This document shows, in pieces, positions 12,856 to 25,739 of a DNA stretch of 64,000 bases. The notes beneath the pieces are model-generated. The model was not told the DNA's origin. It saw nothing but the letters and a program-made list of their open reading frames with translations, and ran no database searches. The stretch is taken from positions 79,076,567 to 79,140,566 of the forward strand of contig NC_068988.1 in assembly GCF_001194135.2 (NCBI RefSeq), in the 5' to 3' direction. The DNA is from Octopus bimaculoides. Taxonomy: Eukaryota. Made by a program: the position numbers and the translations under genes. Every line of letters starts with the position of its first letter. The stretch's first letter is position 1.

Positions 12856-13449
12856 GGATTAATATTAATTATTTTTTTCAGATTTTAATTAAACAGCGTG
12901 CTAAATTATTAAATGCGATTCCTCTCAGTTGATTGGTTTTAAAGTGCCTTTAAAATTTTCATTGAATCTTTCGGCACAAATCTAATATGAGTATGAAGGG
13001 ATATGCATTCAGTTTAATTGAGCTGAGTAGAACATTAGTAGATATCCAATAGAGACTAAGTGAATAAATACAGTCATCCCTAGTGGGACTAGAATACATG
13101 ATGTGCAAGTTCAAATCTAAATACAGAAAGGCATGGGGATTACAAATTCCACTTTGGATATTGGCTTATTATAAAAGTGTGCAATATTTAACAATGATGG
13201 TGAAGATTAATTTAACTTCCGCTTTACTCCAGACACTCCTTGCACATCATTAATAAACTTAACTGTGAAGCATTACCTTATAGCCCTAACATTTTGGTTT
13301 AACTTCTTATTGTCTTTTCTACTCTTCCTTCTCAGCTTAATAAGCACGCATAATTAGTCTATTTAAATATGTCGCTGCAACTATTGCCATCATAACTACA
13401 ATGTATGCCTGTTTGACGCTATTTTTATGCCCCTACCTATCAGTAACAG

Positions 13450-13484
<35 letters not shown>

Positions 13485-16400
13485 TTACTACCACCACCAC
13501 TACTACTGCTGCTGTTACTGCTACTGCTGCTGCTGCTGCTGCTGTTGCTGCTCTTTCTCCTGCTGCAACCTCTTACCCTTACTTCCAAACTGTATTTTCT
13601 CTTTTGTTAGAAAGTGAGGGGAAATTGCACGGATCATAGACATGGGGAAATGGGCAGCGATCTAGGGTGTTAATCTTCGGTGCTTCTGTGGATTAAATGC
13701 TGTGTGAAACTGAAGTGAGAAGAGACTTTTGTTTTACTTCGTTACAAATTCTAAGTTAATTTCATTTGATTGTTCAATTTTGTAAGAGACAACATTTTGT
13801 TTTGTTCCGCTCTTTGCTGTATATATTTGCATTTTTACTATTTATTTTTCACTTATTTATTCATTTATTCTTTAGTTGTCAGCTTAGAATGAAACGTGTT
13901 TTGATGGAGCGTGCCCGGTGTTATTTCTTTAAGATAATCCTTGTTCAGGCACGAGCAGCTGTCCACTTACATATTAATCCTGTTTAAAAAGAGTCACGAC
14001 TGGATTTTTGAGAGTATTTATAAAACTCAGAGAAAGATTCTTGAGTGAGTGACAAGTGATTGTCATATAATCAGATACATTGATCAAATATATAGTTAGT
14101 ATACTTTCTTTCTTCCTAATGATGAAAAAAGACTCTAAAATAAGACTTGGATGCCACACACATCATAGAGTTGCTATTACTGTTGACCTCAAACCTTTAG
14201 GAACGTAAGTTCAAATGCAGTAACAGGGATATAGTATATTCACTGTTAAGTCCAGGCAGCTGTTTAACTTTCTTTGTCAAGAGGTGCTTGTTATCGAGTT
14301 CTGTATTTTTAGGATAATAAAGAAGATAAATATTATGAGTTACATGTCCTAGAGCTGTCACTGGAAGCAACTAAAGAACAGTTAAAGCAGTTCTAGAAGA
14401 AAATAGTTTTCACTCGAACATTAGCATACATTTCTCTCCTCTATATGTGTGTGCGCGCACTTGTGTGTGTATGCGTGTCTGTGTGTGTGTGCGAGCAACG
14501 TGACAGGGCATGTGCATGCGCGAGCGTGCGTGTGTGAGTGTGTGTTTATGTATGTGAGTGTATGCCATACAGACTTAAGCAAGTTTCCATTTTGTTGCCA
14601 TTTCACTTAACTGACGTCGCTAGTGCCCTGGAGAAAGGCATAAATATAAAGTCTTATCTACGCCACTTCATGTTGTAAGTATGGAATTTAATGAGTTTGT
14701 AGAAAATCAATGACGGAACAATATCGAAGAATGTTTACACAACACCTTACAACAGTTATTTCGTTTTATATTAATAGAATCGACTTGCGTGGTTAGCCAG
14801 ATTTATATTCAAGTATGACGAAAGAAAAAATATGACACGTATAACAGTTTTATGAGACAAGTAATAATCATAATGTAATATTATATGAATATGCGCAATG
14901 TTTGAGAGCTCAATCATATCAAAAAGGAATTAGATTTATTAGTTAAGGAATTTGTTGATTATGCAAGCTCATATTACTCGCTTTATTAGTACATACGATA
15001 GCGATTTGTGATAAATCGTTTCACGGGTTACACCGTGCTCAATACTTGAGTAACATTTTATCTCCAGATACAGATTTCTTTAGATTAGAAACACGAACCC
15101 AACATTTGTAAGGAAAGATGTTCAATTAAATTGACTATAAGATAGAAATAATATTTATTTTACTAACATTGCAGAAAAGATAGTCAAAGTCGACCCCGCA
15201 ACTGTATTTGAAACCAAACGAAACAAAATATTATGAAATATCCAAGTTAGTCTCTGCCTACTCTCCACCATTTTAAGGCAAATAAATATTGAACCTATTT
15301 CCTTCAAAGATAAATGGCAAAGTGTCTGAACTGAAATAACAGTTCTATAATTTCCGTTGTTGTGACCGTATAATTATGATTATATGTCGGCCTGTTGGTA
15401 AAGTCAGTAACGTTATAAAGAATATTTAGAATATGGTAACAATAAAAGTCTTTCAAAATTGATTGTTTGATATTGAGTTATGACATGATATTGTTCTGAA
15501 TGGTAGCATAAGTAGAACTGCAGTATTCTAATAAGTGTGATCTAAATGACCAAACGGATAAGCAGAGTTTTGGATTCAGAGATGATCACTAACTTAACAT
15601 CTATCCCAAGATTTTTGCTTTGTATCTGTATGAAACAATTAGTTTTGCTTGTTGGCAATAATTACCAGATCTGATAGCAATATTACTGACAATAAACTCA
15701 TACTAAATGAATTAGCGTAACGTCATTAAATTTAAGAAATTCTTACGAGCCTCTCTCTAATAGGAAAAGTTAGTAACATTACAATAAGGCTAATGTTTTA
15801 AGTCTTGATTTCAATTCTTTCAATGAATTATTGAATACTTTTGCCAACACTTTGTCCTAATGAAATAACGTCTTTGTAAAAATGTGTGGAACTTTATCAT
15901 TTCCTGGCGTTTCTTTACCTACTCATTCTGTGTAGCTCTGAACTCTTGTGTTGCTCTTGCTCTCCACGATTGTGAAAGTGCCATTTTTGTTGCTTTCAAC
16001 ATTTATGTCCGTCGTGATCCTTTCGTTGTCAATAGTCCTCCCAAGAATTCTTTTGCATATTATGCTGATTTCTTATTTCTATTCAGTGCTTGATTAACAA
16101 TTTATGGTAAAGTGGAACTGCTTGTTTCGGTGAAGCAATCATTATCGCTTTTCACTCTTTAAAGTCTTTGCAAGTTATGCATCCTTCATTTTTCGTTATA
16201 GTTTTGTAATATTTGTCAGTTGACTTTATTCCTGCATTTTCCTTATTGAATGAAAGATTCTTTTCATCAGTATGTTTGTTTTCTTCGTTGTTTGCCTCAG
16301 TTTAATCGTTCTTCTTTGAGTAGTTTCGAGGGAGAACCCACCTTTCCTTTGTAACTACTGCGGCTGCTGTATAAATTAACACATTCTGAAAATACTGATG

Positions 16401-16485
16401 TTCCCATCCATTTCTATCAAGTCTGTGAACACTAAGTTTGCAGCTTACACACACACACACACACACACGCACGCACACACACACA

Positions 16486-16529
<44 letters not shown>

Positions 16530-17384
16530 NNNNNNNNNNACACTCACACACAAATAATTCTGGCCATATCGTGGTAAACTCATGCGTTTTTCGAGAGAAA
16601 GATTTATCACAAATTTGGAAATTTTAAATGTTCTACTTTTAATATATTATTATATTCAAAATTTCCACCCAAAGGAATGTTCAATTCTCAAATATTTCTG
16701 ATATTCACATGTATTCATATTTTTGTTTGTATAGTTCTAGTTTTTGTTTCATTGATCGGTATTCTATAAGTAGTTTTAGAGTATATTTTGTTTGCTTTAC
16801 AATGTTAGTTATATTTCCACGACTTATGTTCTCACTATATATTACCTTAACGATTTTATTCTGATTATTTGCATGTTTGTTTCAGCTATTTTGTGTCTGA
16901 TATATTTTTGGTTTTGAGAACGTATCTTCTTAAATTATTTAATTGAGATCTAAGTTGCTTTTTGATCCAGTTTATTTTCTCTCTACGTGTAATTTCCGGT
17001 AATCCCATTCGGAAGTTTGAGTGTATTCTTTAAACTAATTTTCTTTTATTTGCATCAAACGAAAAACAATGATTGAAATTTATCTATATTTTTACCAGTT
17101 TATTGTCTTACTTGGTTGCGCTTTTCCTTTTTAACTTAGAAACAAATGATATGGCTTTCATTCGTGCTGTTCGACATTTGGGGATTTGGAGCGAATAAAT
17201 ATGCCTGATGCTGATTTAACCTGTACTCTATTAGTGTGTGGCTAATTGGCGGCAATTGATCGCAAAAACAATGTACTAATTATACAAAATCCTTCAACAT
17301 GTATTCGGTTTTCCTCGTTGTTATTTATCGTTGTTAATGATAATTTTTTTTTTTTTTACTTTTCAATTGTCTTCCGTTACCCAG

Positions 17385-17408
17385 CTGAGCGCAACTTTGT
17401 TGGTTTGG
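17385..17408 (+). other. Candidate 24-nt frame-preserving microexon
   Basis: A long T-rich tract ending TTACCCAG, then CTGAGCGCAACTTTGTTGGTTTGG, then GTATGT. Two of three frames are open (xERNFVGL or LSATLLVW). No partner exons identified. Confidence 0.3.
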
Positions 17409-17890
17409 GTATGTTTAGTGTTCTGCTTTATTTCTGTATTTTGCATAGTTTAAAAGTGTTACGGAAAATGTATGCAATGTCTAGCGAAGCTGCTTACGGT
17501 TAGTTATGTATATTTCCAGATTCTCGGTTATTGGTGATCTACTTATCAAGTTTTTTTTCAATTGTTCTCAAGACACTTATTAAAGGCGCCGCTTCTTTTC
17601 GCTCCTCACGTTTCTGGTTAGTTTTATTTCATGATCTTTATATTTATAATGGTGATACATTATCATTTGTTGGGGCTGACGCTTCGTTTTCTTGCAGTTG
17701 TCGATAACAATATCCGACAAGTTAGACTTATCACTCTGCGTAAACAAACTGAATATCCAAGCCTATAGTCATTGTAATTTCCTGAAATATATTTTTTTGT
17801 CGTTTATACAGTTCATTTTCTATTTGCCCTTCATTGTACTGATATAATTTACAGTGTGAGAATGTTTCTCTCCCTCCGCCACGCTTTTAT

Positions 17891-18490
17891 GCCTGTAGAT
17901 GTTTTATATCTTACATAAAACTGGAGAATCAGCGGTAGTATGGTTAATTCCTTCCAAGCTTCGAATACTCTGTAGTTACTTAATTTCTTCTTCAATCGGC
18001 CGCAACTGAGATGTATTTCGCAACGGCACTCTAGGACTCTCTGTTCCTCATTATTTTGGTGACTATTTGTTCCTTCCAGTAAATTTGCACAGAAATTTTA
18101 TATTCTGTAGTTTTTTTTTCCTTTTTACAAAAGTATTTGTGCACTAAGTGTATAATTATCATTATACTAATTTAGGTAACTATCCAATTATGCACAGATT
18201 AATTTCTTGCGGTCACCTTAATTTGTATTGTATGCTAATTGTAAAACGTATGCATGCCAATACACGTATAGCTTAGAGGGAACCATAGCCTGTAGATGTT
18301 TTATATCTTACATAAAACTGGAGAATCAGCGGTAGTATGGTTAATTCCTTCCAAGCTTCGAATACTCTGTAGTTACTTAATTTCTTCTTCAATCGGCCGC
18401 AACTGAGATGTATTTCGCAACGGCACTCTAGGACTCTCTGTTCCTCATTATTTTGGTGACTATTTGTTCCTTCCAGTAAATTTGCACAGA
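17891..18490 (+). repeat. 203-bp direct duplication (17891-18093 and 18288-18490)
   Basis: GCCTGTAGATG...TTTGCACAGA appears identical in both copies, separated by ~194 bp. Confidence 0.92.
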
Positions 18491-19039
18491 TAGTAAAATT
18501 TGTTTTCAAATCATTAATTAATATCATAACCTCCTCTGAAGGTGAAAACTGATATGGAGTTTACTTTTTTATGAGAACAAACCGACCAATAATGAGTTAT
18601 GGATTCTTTATTAATAAGAATACGAAGTTTTTAAAAGGAGTTATATGTGAGGTATTAAGGCGCTGTTTGTTGTTAATTTGATTAACTTGAAGGCTAACAA
18701 TTTCAGTTGAGACTTTACGGTTATCATTATTCCGTGACATATATTTACGAAAACCTTAAAGAATTTACATAATTTTTGTTAGGCTGTTTCTTGTTTCACT
18801 AGGGCATCATTATTAAAACTGAAAGTAAAATGTTGAACTAATACATTTGTCTACCTGCATCGAAAACAATAAATACCTTATAATCAGAGCACAACACAAA
18901 ACAACACAATTGTACGTACTATAGAAGTCGGGAATTCTAAATACATTGTAAAGTATTAACAAGTCGTCTAAGTTGGGCAATAGGTAAGGGTCTAAGTTGA
19001 TTTACAAAAGCTTATGATGATAGTTAGCTCCTGCTGTTA

Positions 19040-20150
19040 CTGTTTATGACATGTACTTGTGCATGGCAAGGCGAGTCACTTGGCTCAAAAATTTCTTCTT
19101 TGAGTACATTCTTCACTTTCGATCGCGTAAATATTGCATCAGCTGATTTTAAATATACAATGTTTCGTAAACGGTAAAGACCCCCACCCTCGGTCATGAA
19201 TAACCATGGAATTGCACCTGGAAAGTTCCCAAGACACAAGTCCTGGCAGATTTGTTTATGGCAGACCAGCAGTCTTCCAAGTATACCAGCTTCCCCTCTC
19301 CACGCCACTGATGTTATCCAAGAGAAAGGCAAAGGCCGAAATAGCTTGGGACCAGGGATTTCGTGACTCATTTCTACAGCTGAGTGGATTAGATAAAAGT
19401 GCAATAAAGTGTTTTGCCCAAGAACACAATACACAGCCTGAATTGCAGGTTTAATATCTGAAGATAAATAAGTAAAAATCTGGAAGGAAAAGATTATAGC
19501 GGACCTGACAGCAAAAGTCCAAATTTGGTTGGAAGGCACTGAATTCTACATCTACAGAGAAATATTTTCTCAAAATATGACTCCTAAAAATACGAGTGAG
19601 CAGCAATGTAAGGAAACGTATTTGGTTATGTAGGTGGTCTTTTAACTCCAAATTTAGTTCGGGATATTTCTTCACTGGTAGAGTAAATTCTACTGAAGCC
19701 ACCATATTACACCCTTAAAATTTTAGTCGGCAAACTTAAGAAAAGTACAGTTGATTCAGACTAAATATTTTCTGGACTATCTGAGTCAACGAAGCACTTT
19801 TAGAGAATTTCTGCGAGCGGCTAAACCAATGATAAAGTATTATTCTTTTTTCTTACGGAGAAAATATTCAAGCAAATGTCACGTAGAATGAGGATCTACA
19901 AACCTTTGAAGAGCGTCACTGTTTCTCCCGCTTGAAGAAAGTTATATAGCTGAAAACTGCAGCGGAAATAAAATCATTGGCAAGGCGAGGCTACACACGT
20001 GTAGCATTTCAACTGAGGGGTGCGATTTATGGCTGAAATCAAGATTGTGTCTTTGTTTTCTACAATAGAGACAGAGGAGATTTGAGTAATGAATGAAACG
20101 AATGTTTTCTCTGTATATGTCTGTCGTAATGCTTTTGCAGTTACAGTCTC
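19040..20150 (+). pseudogene. Possible decayed NACHT (STAND NTPase, NLR-like) coding remnant
   Basis: Multi-frame motifs occur in NACHT order: VLVHGKA-SHLAQK, FEYILHFRSR, LGHE, VLADL, LQLSGLDKSAIKCFAQEH, IKSLARRG. Walker A GxGK is missing. Many stops and frameshifts; pattern recognition only. Confidence 0.35.
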
Positions 20151-20749
20151 AGCTGACTTATTGGAGAGATTTTTTACAGTTAGCAACAAACTTCGTGGTC
20201 AATCGTTTGCGAATGAGAAGTTTGCGTTGCCATATGACTTTATTTAGTAGCCCAATGGAAACCTTATTTTAGCCTAATAACGACATTATCGTAAATAATT
20301 CTCAAATGTTCTGTGCTTGCTAAGAGTTACAGGTACTTCATCCAAACTAATCTTATAACAATTTTGTGTAGTAGACAGCAGTTGCTAAATATTGTGGGTA
20401 TTCGAGCATTTTTGTTATTATTGGAACATTTTTGTATGACAGCGTAAAAATATCACAGTTATTCTACCTTGTGAGATGAAACTTTGCCAAGATAACTTTT
20501 CCTGTAATAGCAACGATTGCGTCGACTGCTTTTCTTCTTTGAAACTGTAAGACCTAGAGTCACAGTAGAAAATTGTTGTTATTATTATTATTATTATTAT
20601 TAGTAGTAGTAGTAGTAGTAGTAGTAGTAATAATAATAATAAAAGAAATGAACATGAAAAATGAAACGGCATGAAAAAATGTACGGTCAGTTTGCAAGAG
20701 ATGTAGACACAAAAACACATGGTTGTGGATGAGGAGGAGTAACCAGAAT

Positions 20750-20875
20750 AATCCTTTCTTCTATAGGCCTGAATTTCGGAGGAGGAGGACTAGTCGATTA
20801 CATCGACCCCAGTGCTAAACTGGTATTTTATTTTGTCGATCGTGAGAAGATGAAAGGCAAAGTCGACTATGACTC
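20750..20875 (-). mobile_element. SINE family B 3' fragment
   Basis: GTCGATTACATCGACCCCAGTGCTAAACTGGTA...GATGAAAGGCAAAGTCGAC is the reverse complement of the family B body. Confidence 0.75.
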
Positions 20876-20897
20876 GTGTTGTTGTTGTTGTTGTTGT

Positions 20898-21115
20898 TGT
20901 TACCTCAGCATTAGCGAAGGAGGAGGTATTGTTTTACGTCGTGTTTGTTTGTCCGTAGACAAGATACCTCAAGAACTGCTGAATGGATTCTTATGAAACT
21001 TTCAGGGATGTTTGGCCTCGTGAGTGGCACGAACTGATTAGATTTTGGGATCGAATCGGTACCGGACAAGGATTTTAGATTATTTTTTTAATATTTTCTT
21101 TACATGTATATGTAA
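20898..21115 (+). mobile_element. Non-autonomous Helentron/DINE-1-like element (5' part)
   Basis: TTACCTC...GAGGTA short subterminal inverted repeat, a GTTT/GTCC tract, then CTCAAGAACTGCTGAATGGATT..ATGAAACTT. This layout is typical of HINE/DINE-like elements. Confidence 0.5.
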
Positions 21116-21128
21116 AGTTTCTCATAGT

Positions 21129-21178
<50 letters not shown>

Positions 21179-21987
21179 NNNNNNNNNNNNNNNNNNNNNN
21201 NNNNNNNNNNNNNNNNNNNNNNNNNNNNNNNNNNNNNNNNNNNNNNNNNNNNNNNNNNNNNNNNNNNNNNNNNNNNNNNNNNNNNNNNNNNNNNNNNNNN
21301 NNNNNNNNNNNNNNNNNNNNNNNNNNNNNNNNNNNNNNNNNNNNNNNNNNNNNNNNNNNNNNNNNNNNNNNNNNNNNNNNNNNNNNNNNNNNNNNNNNNN
21401 NNNNNNNNNNNNNNNNNNNNNNNNNNNNNNNNNNNNNNNNNNNNNNNNNNNNNNNNNNNNNNNNNNNNNNNNNNNNNNNNNNNNNNNNTCTGACCCGCTA
21501 GAAAGAGCAGCAAAAGACTACATACCACAAAAATAGGGATAATTTCCAAAGGGAATGAAAAATAAAAACATTTACCAATCTATATTCCGTACCATGGTTT
21601 CAAGTCAATTTAGTAAGAAAAAAATATATCTTACAATGGTCGGACTATCATCGGCAGAATGACCAGACAACATATGAAACACGAGTCATAGGGAGCATGG
21701 CTTATGTTCATATGTTTAATTTTCCAAATTTACCGCGTATTTGCGGTTTACCTAATCGGCAGCAAATACAAAAAATGCCGATTTTCTTTCAGAAATTAGC
21801 CACCCTTTCTTCTGGACAAGTACAGTGTATCGGTGTCACTCTTAGGATGGGAAGGCTCTGTGTATTTTCAACATGCTTGTGGTCTTGATATGCATCATCA
21901 TCATCTCTCTCTTTATCGAACCGGCAGAAATGTTTGGTGGCATTTTTTCCGGCTCTCTACGTTATTATTATTATTACTATTATTATT

Positions 21988-22210
21988 AAGGCGGCGAGCT
22001 AGCAGAAACGTTAGGACACCGGGCGGAATGCTTAGCGGTATTCCGTCTGTCTTTACGTTCTGAGTTCAATTTCCGCCGAGGTCGATTTTGCGTTTCATAC
22101 TTTCGGGGTCGACAAATTAAGTACCAGTTGCGTACCGAGGTCGAACTAATCGACTGGCCCTCTCCCCAAAAATTTCAGGCCTTGCGCTTCGAGTAGAAAG
22201 GATTATTATT
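21988..22210 (+). mobile_element. SINE family B, full-length with (ATT)n tail
   Basis: GGCGGCGAGCTAGCAGAAACGTTAG head, B-box-like GAGTTCAATTTCC, GTACCAGTTGCGTAC..GGTCGA..TAATCGAC body, ATTATT tail. Confidence 0.88.
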
Positions 22211-24760
22211 ATCAAGTAGTCTAATTTTTTTATCTCGTACTTTCACTGCACTACTAAGCACTGCTCAGTGTGCCCTGGGTAAGTGCTGTGGTTTGTTGTG
22301 GTGCTCATATTTTCACTATATTGAAAGTGTTTTACGTACGATGTGTGTGGTGCCTAGTGGTGCTATTTTCTGTATCTTATATATACTTGTAAATCCTGGT
22401 GTTTTTGTTATGTATTTATCTGAATGTTTTTTTTTTAATACCTAATGGGGAAACTATAATACTAATTGTTTCTGTTTTTAGGCTCCACTTTCCAGTCACC
22501 TCTATTTCCAGATCTCTGTATTTTGAAAGTTTCCCTGTTTCTTTTGGAGAAATATTGTCATCTGTTCGAACTGATACATCGATTAGAAAGTATTTTTTCC
22601 TTAGTGATCTCTAAAATCTATATCCTACTTATTAGTCTTAACTTCTCTATCTGTGTGTATTGGCATATCCCAGAGTATGGTTGCTTTCTCAATTTCTGTG
22701 ACCTTTTCCGTCGTGTGCCTATACCATCTTTTTCTGATGTTATTCCATAGTGTTGGCATAGCTTCAAGTGTATATAAGTCCCAACTCTGTCGTGTCTGTA
22801 AATATATTCCTCCTTAACCGGTTTGGGCGGTCAGAGACAATATGATTTATTGCTTCTTCTCCATCACCACATATTCTGCAGTTACTTGTATTTCTTTTTT
22901 TGGTGATGTCTGGTGGGAAAGCTTTGATCACGAAGGGGCTTTTCTTGCTATCGTTTTATCATGATCCGTTGCTGTTCCAGTTTTAGTTTGGATTTCAGTT
23001 GTTTTACAACTTCTGTTGTTTCTTCTTTGTTTTTTTTTTTCATTGTTGTTAGTTACTATGACTTCTTTTTTGTATTTGTCATCTTCTTTAAAGATTAAAA
23101 ACAGTTTTTGTTTTATTTGTGTTTTATGGCTATTTATATTAGTTTTCTTTGCTTCTACTGTAAGCTTTTCTGTAGTCCTATGGTGGTTACTTTGTAATAG
23201 TTTTCTAGCTGTTTAAGGTCCCTATCACCTTCGATACGTTGTATATATAACCTTTCTATGTCAGATTTTGGGTGACCTAAATCCGGTCATTATTTTTCTT
23301 GTTTTCCTGTCTATTTTGTAGCTGTAACTTATAACTGGGACGGCTAGAGTGTTAACTATTAACTTGTTTTTCCGAATTGAGTTCTGTATTAATCTAACTC
23401 GTCTATAGCATTCTTTTCTTATCTTCTATTTCATTTGTGTGTGTTGTATTGTATCTAGTTCATTGATTCCTAAGTATTTGTATGTCTGGTTTGGTCTAAA
23501 TCTCTTATTTCATTTGCTTTCTCTAGTGTGATGTTGCTACTTTTAATTGGTCTTCTTCGTTTCAAGGCTACTATGGCACATTTTTCTAAGCTAAATTTTA
23601 TGTTTATTTCTTTGGTAAATCCATGTACTGCCTGTAGTGATGTTTCTAGCTGTTTATCATTTGTAGCGTACAGTTTTAGATCATCCATATAGAAAAGGTA
23701 GCTGATTGTTTTGCCGTAGCAGTTATATCCACATCCAGTTCTGTTTAGCATGTCAGATAAAGGTGTCAGTGCCAAACAGAAAAGGAGTGGAGAGAGCATG
23801 ACTCTCTGGAATATTCTTCTTCTAATGGTGGTGGCTTTGGTTTTTATGAGTCCCTCTTTTGTCTGGAGCTGTAGCACTGTCTGCCATTTATTCATGGAAT
23901 GTTTTATATACTTTATGATTATTGGTGCTACCCTGTTCATTGCTAGTGATTCTAGGATCCATGTGTGGGGAATACTATCAAAATCATTTCGGTAATCGAT
24001 CCAAGCCCTACATAGCTACAGTAACTGATCTTTACAGCCGTATGAGCCCTTGCAGCAACATTTCTGCTCTTTTGAAAACAGGTTGTTTTCTTTCATATGT
24101 TTGCACATTCTCTGCGATATTATTGCAGTAAAAGCTTTATAAATGGTAGAGAGACAAGTTTTGCGGGTTTACCGTTTCAGTGGATTAGTTTTCCCTTCCG
24201 TGAGCCATTCAGGCATTGTTTCCAACTCTTCTAGTATTTCATTAACTTTCTCATCCAGATTTTTTATGTGTTCCTGTTAGGTATTTTAACCAGAAGTTGG
24301 GGATCTTGTCGAGCCCGGGTGCCTTCCAGTTGCTTAGTTTTTGCAGTGTCTGGATAACCTCTTCAGCTGTTATAGGGTTCCAGAGTTGTTAATGTACTGT
24401 GTTCGTTGTTTTGATAGATCTTTTCTAAAGTTGTTCCTGTGCCGACCATATTTCTTCCCAAAATTCTTCCTCTTCTTCTGCTGTTAGTGCTGCATTGCTC
24501 TCTAATTTATTTTTGCCAAGTTCTCGGTAGAATCTTTTGGGGTTGGAGTTGAACTGTTTGTTTTGTTCAAAGAAACGTTGGCGTTTCTCATACCGGCAGT
24601 TTGTTTGTGCGTTGGCGAGGATATCTTGCTTTAGCTGTTCTTTTACCTCAGATATACCTTGTTCTGTAATTTTGTATTTACGTAGTATTTTTCTTCTTTT
24701 ATTGTTGCTTTATAGTGTTGATTGTCTACCAATTTCATTGAAAATTAGGAGATCCTTGTC
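22211..24760 (-). mobile_element. R4/Dong-clade LINE (RT plus REL endonuclease), decayed, with its 3' end
   Basis: QNKQFNSNPKRFYREL (N-term); LSPLLFCLALTPLS and FYMDDLKLYA (RT, ORF 23470-23940); YRHDRVG (RHD); ILWDMPIHTD...LIDVSV...KYRDLEIE (REL); QKIAPLGTTHIVRKTL (C-term). Confidence 0.88.
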
Positions 24761-24769
24761 ACCGGGATA

Positions 24770-24860
24770 TCCTACGTCGACTATCAAGCATGTTCTTTCA
24801 TTTTTTTCACCACGACAGTATCCTGTTTCCGACGTCTGGTCAGGTGATCGCACTGAATCA
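24770..24860 (-). mobile_element. R4/Dong REL fragment from a separate copy
   Basis: IQCDHLTRRRKQDTVVV...CLIVDVGYPGD (PD-D/ExK region), abutting a (CAT)/(TAT)n tract. Confidence 0.6.
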
Positions 24861-24889
24861 TCATTATCATCATCTTCATCATCATCATG

Positions 24890-24931
<42 letters not shown>

Positions 24932-24934
24932 TTA

Positions 24935-25256
24935 TGTTTGACTTTTGCTTTCCATCTGTACAAGTTGACTCCAAGTTTCACCAACAGACCTCAAGAGACA
25001 ACAAGTTAGAAGTTCATGTTGGTGTTATGCCTAGGGTGCCATATATTTGGTTTTCTCCATAGTTTTGTTCTGGAGAATGTTTAAGAAACCATAAGAAAAT
25101 TACGTGTTTGTTTTAAAATTTGAGATTATATAGACAGCATTTAACGTAGGATTTGGGCAGTTCCCATGAGCACTATCTTTTGAATTTCCACCATTTTGGG
25201 GTTTTCTGGTATCTGAGCTAGGTAGCAATCAACCCTCTTTGCTATCATTCCTAGGG

Positions 25257-25258
<2 letters not shown>
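24935..25258 (-). mobile_element. R4/Dong LINE 3' end (5'-truncated) flanked by (TAA)n on both sides
   Basis: ALGMIAKRVDCYLAQIP...EIQKIVLMGTAQILR followed by a 3' UTR. (ATT)n at 24888-24932 and 25258-25318. Confidence 0.8.
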
Positions 25259-25317
<59 letters not shown>

Positions 25318-25739
25318 GGAAGCTGTTCACCTCACGCTTACAGTAAGTCATGGGTGCCTATTGATATCTTTTCTGTACATACTGACATTCGATCCACAAC
25401 TGCGGAAATTTAAGCACCATGTTCAGACTGAGCTACGAAAAAGCTATGTCGGAATATGTGGACTATGAATCTGTAATACTGTGAGACTCAACGGAAATCA
25501 AAGTTGTTCACGATATGCCAAATTTAAGCCTGTGATTGGCAAAAAAATGAATTAGTAAACCGAGCGCATGCTGTTAAACAATATCTTGAGACGTTGGGGT
25601 AATGGTCCTGTTAGGTTTCTTGGATGCTGGTGCGGTTCGAATATCCAGCTGGATAGGAATTAGAACGAGACTAACAATATATTTTCGAGTCTCACCAAGA
25701 AACGGGTTGAGAAAAAGTTATACTTTGGTTAAGTTGGCT

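Noticed and set aside
14604-14682. CRE-like TGACGTC, TATAAA and ATG-TT|GTAAGT as a promoter and first exon
   Set aside because: The geometry leaves an exon of only a few nt, and there is no other support.
19024-19539. 171-aa minus-strand ORF as a gene
   Set aside because: No recognisable domain. It is possibly the antisense shadow of the decayed plus-strand coding remnant.
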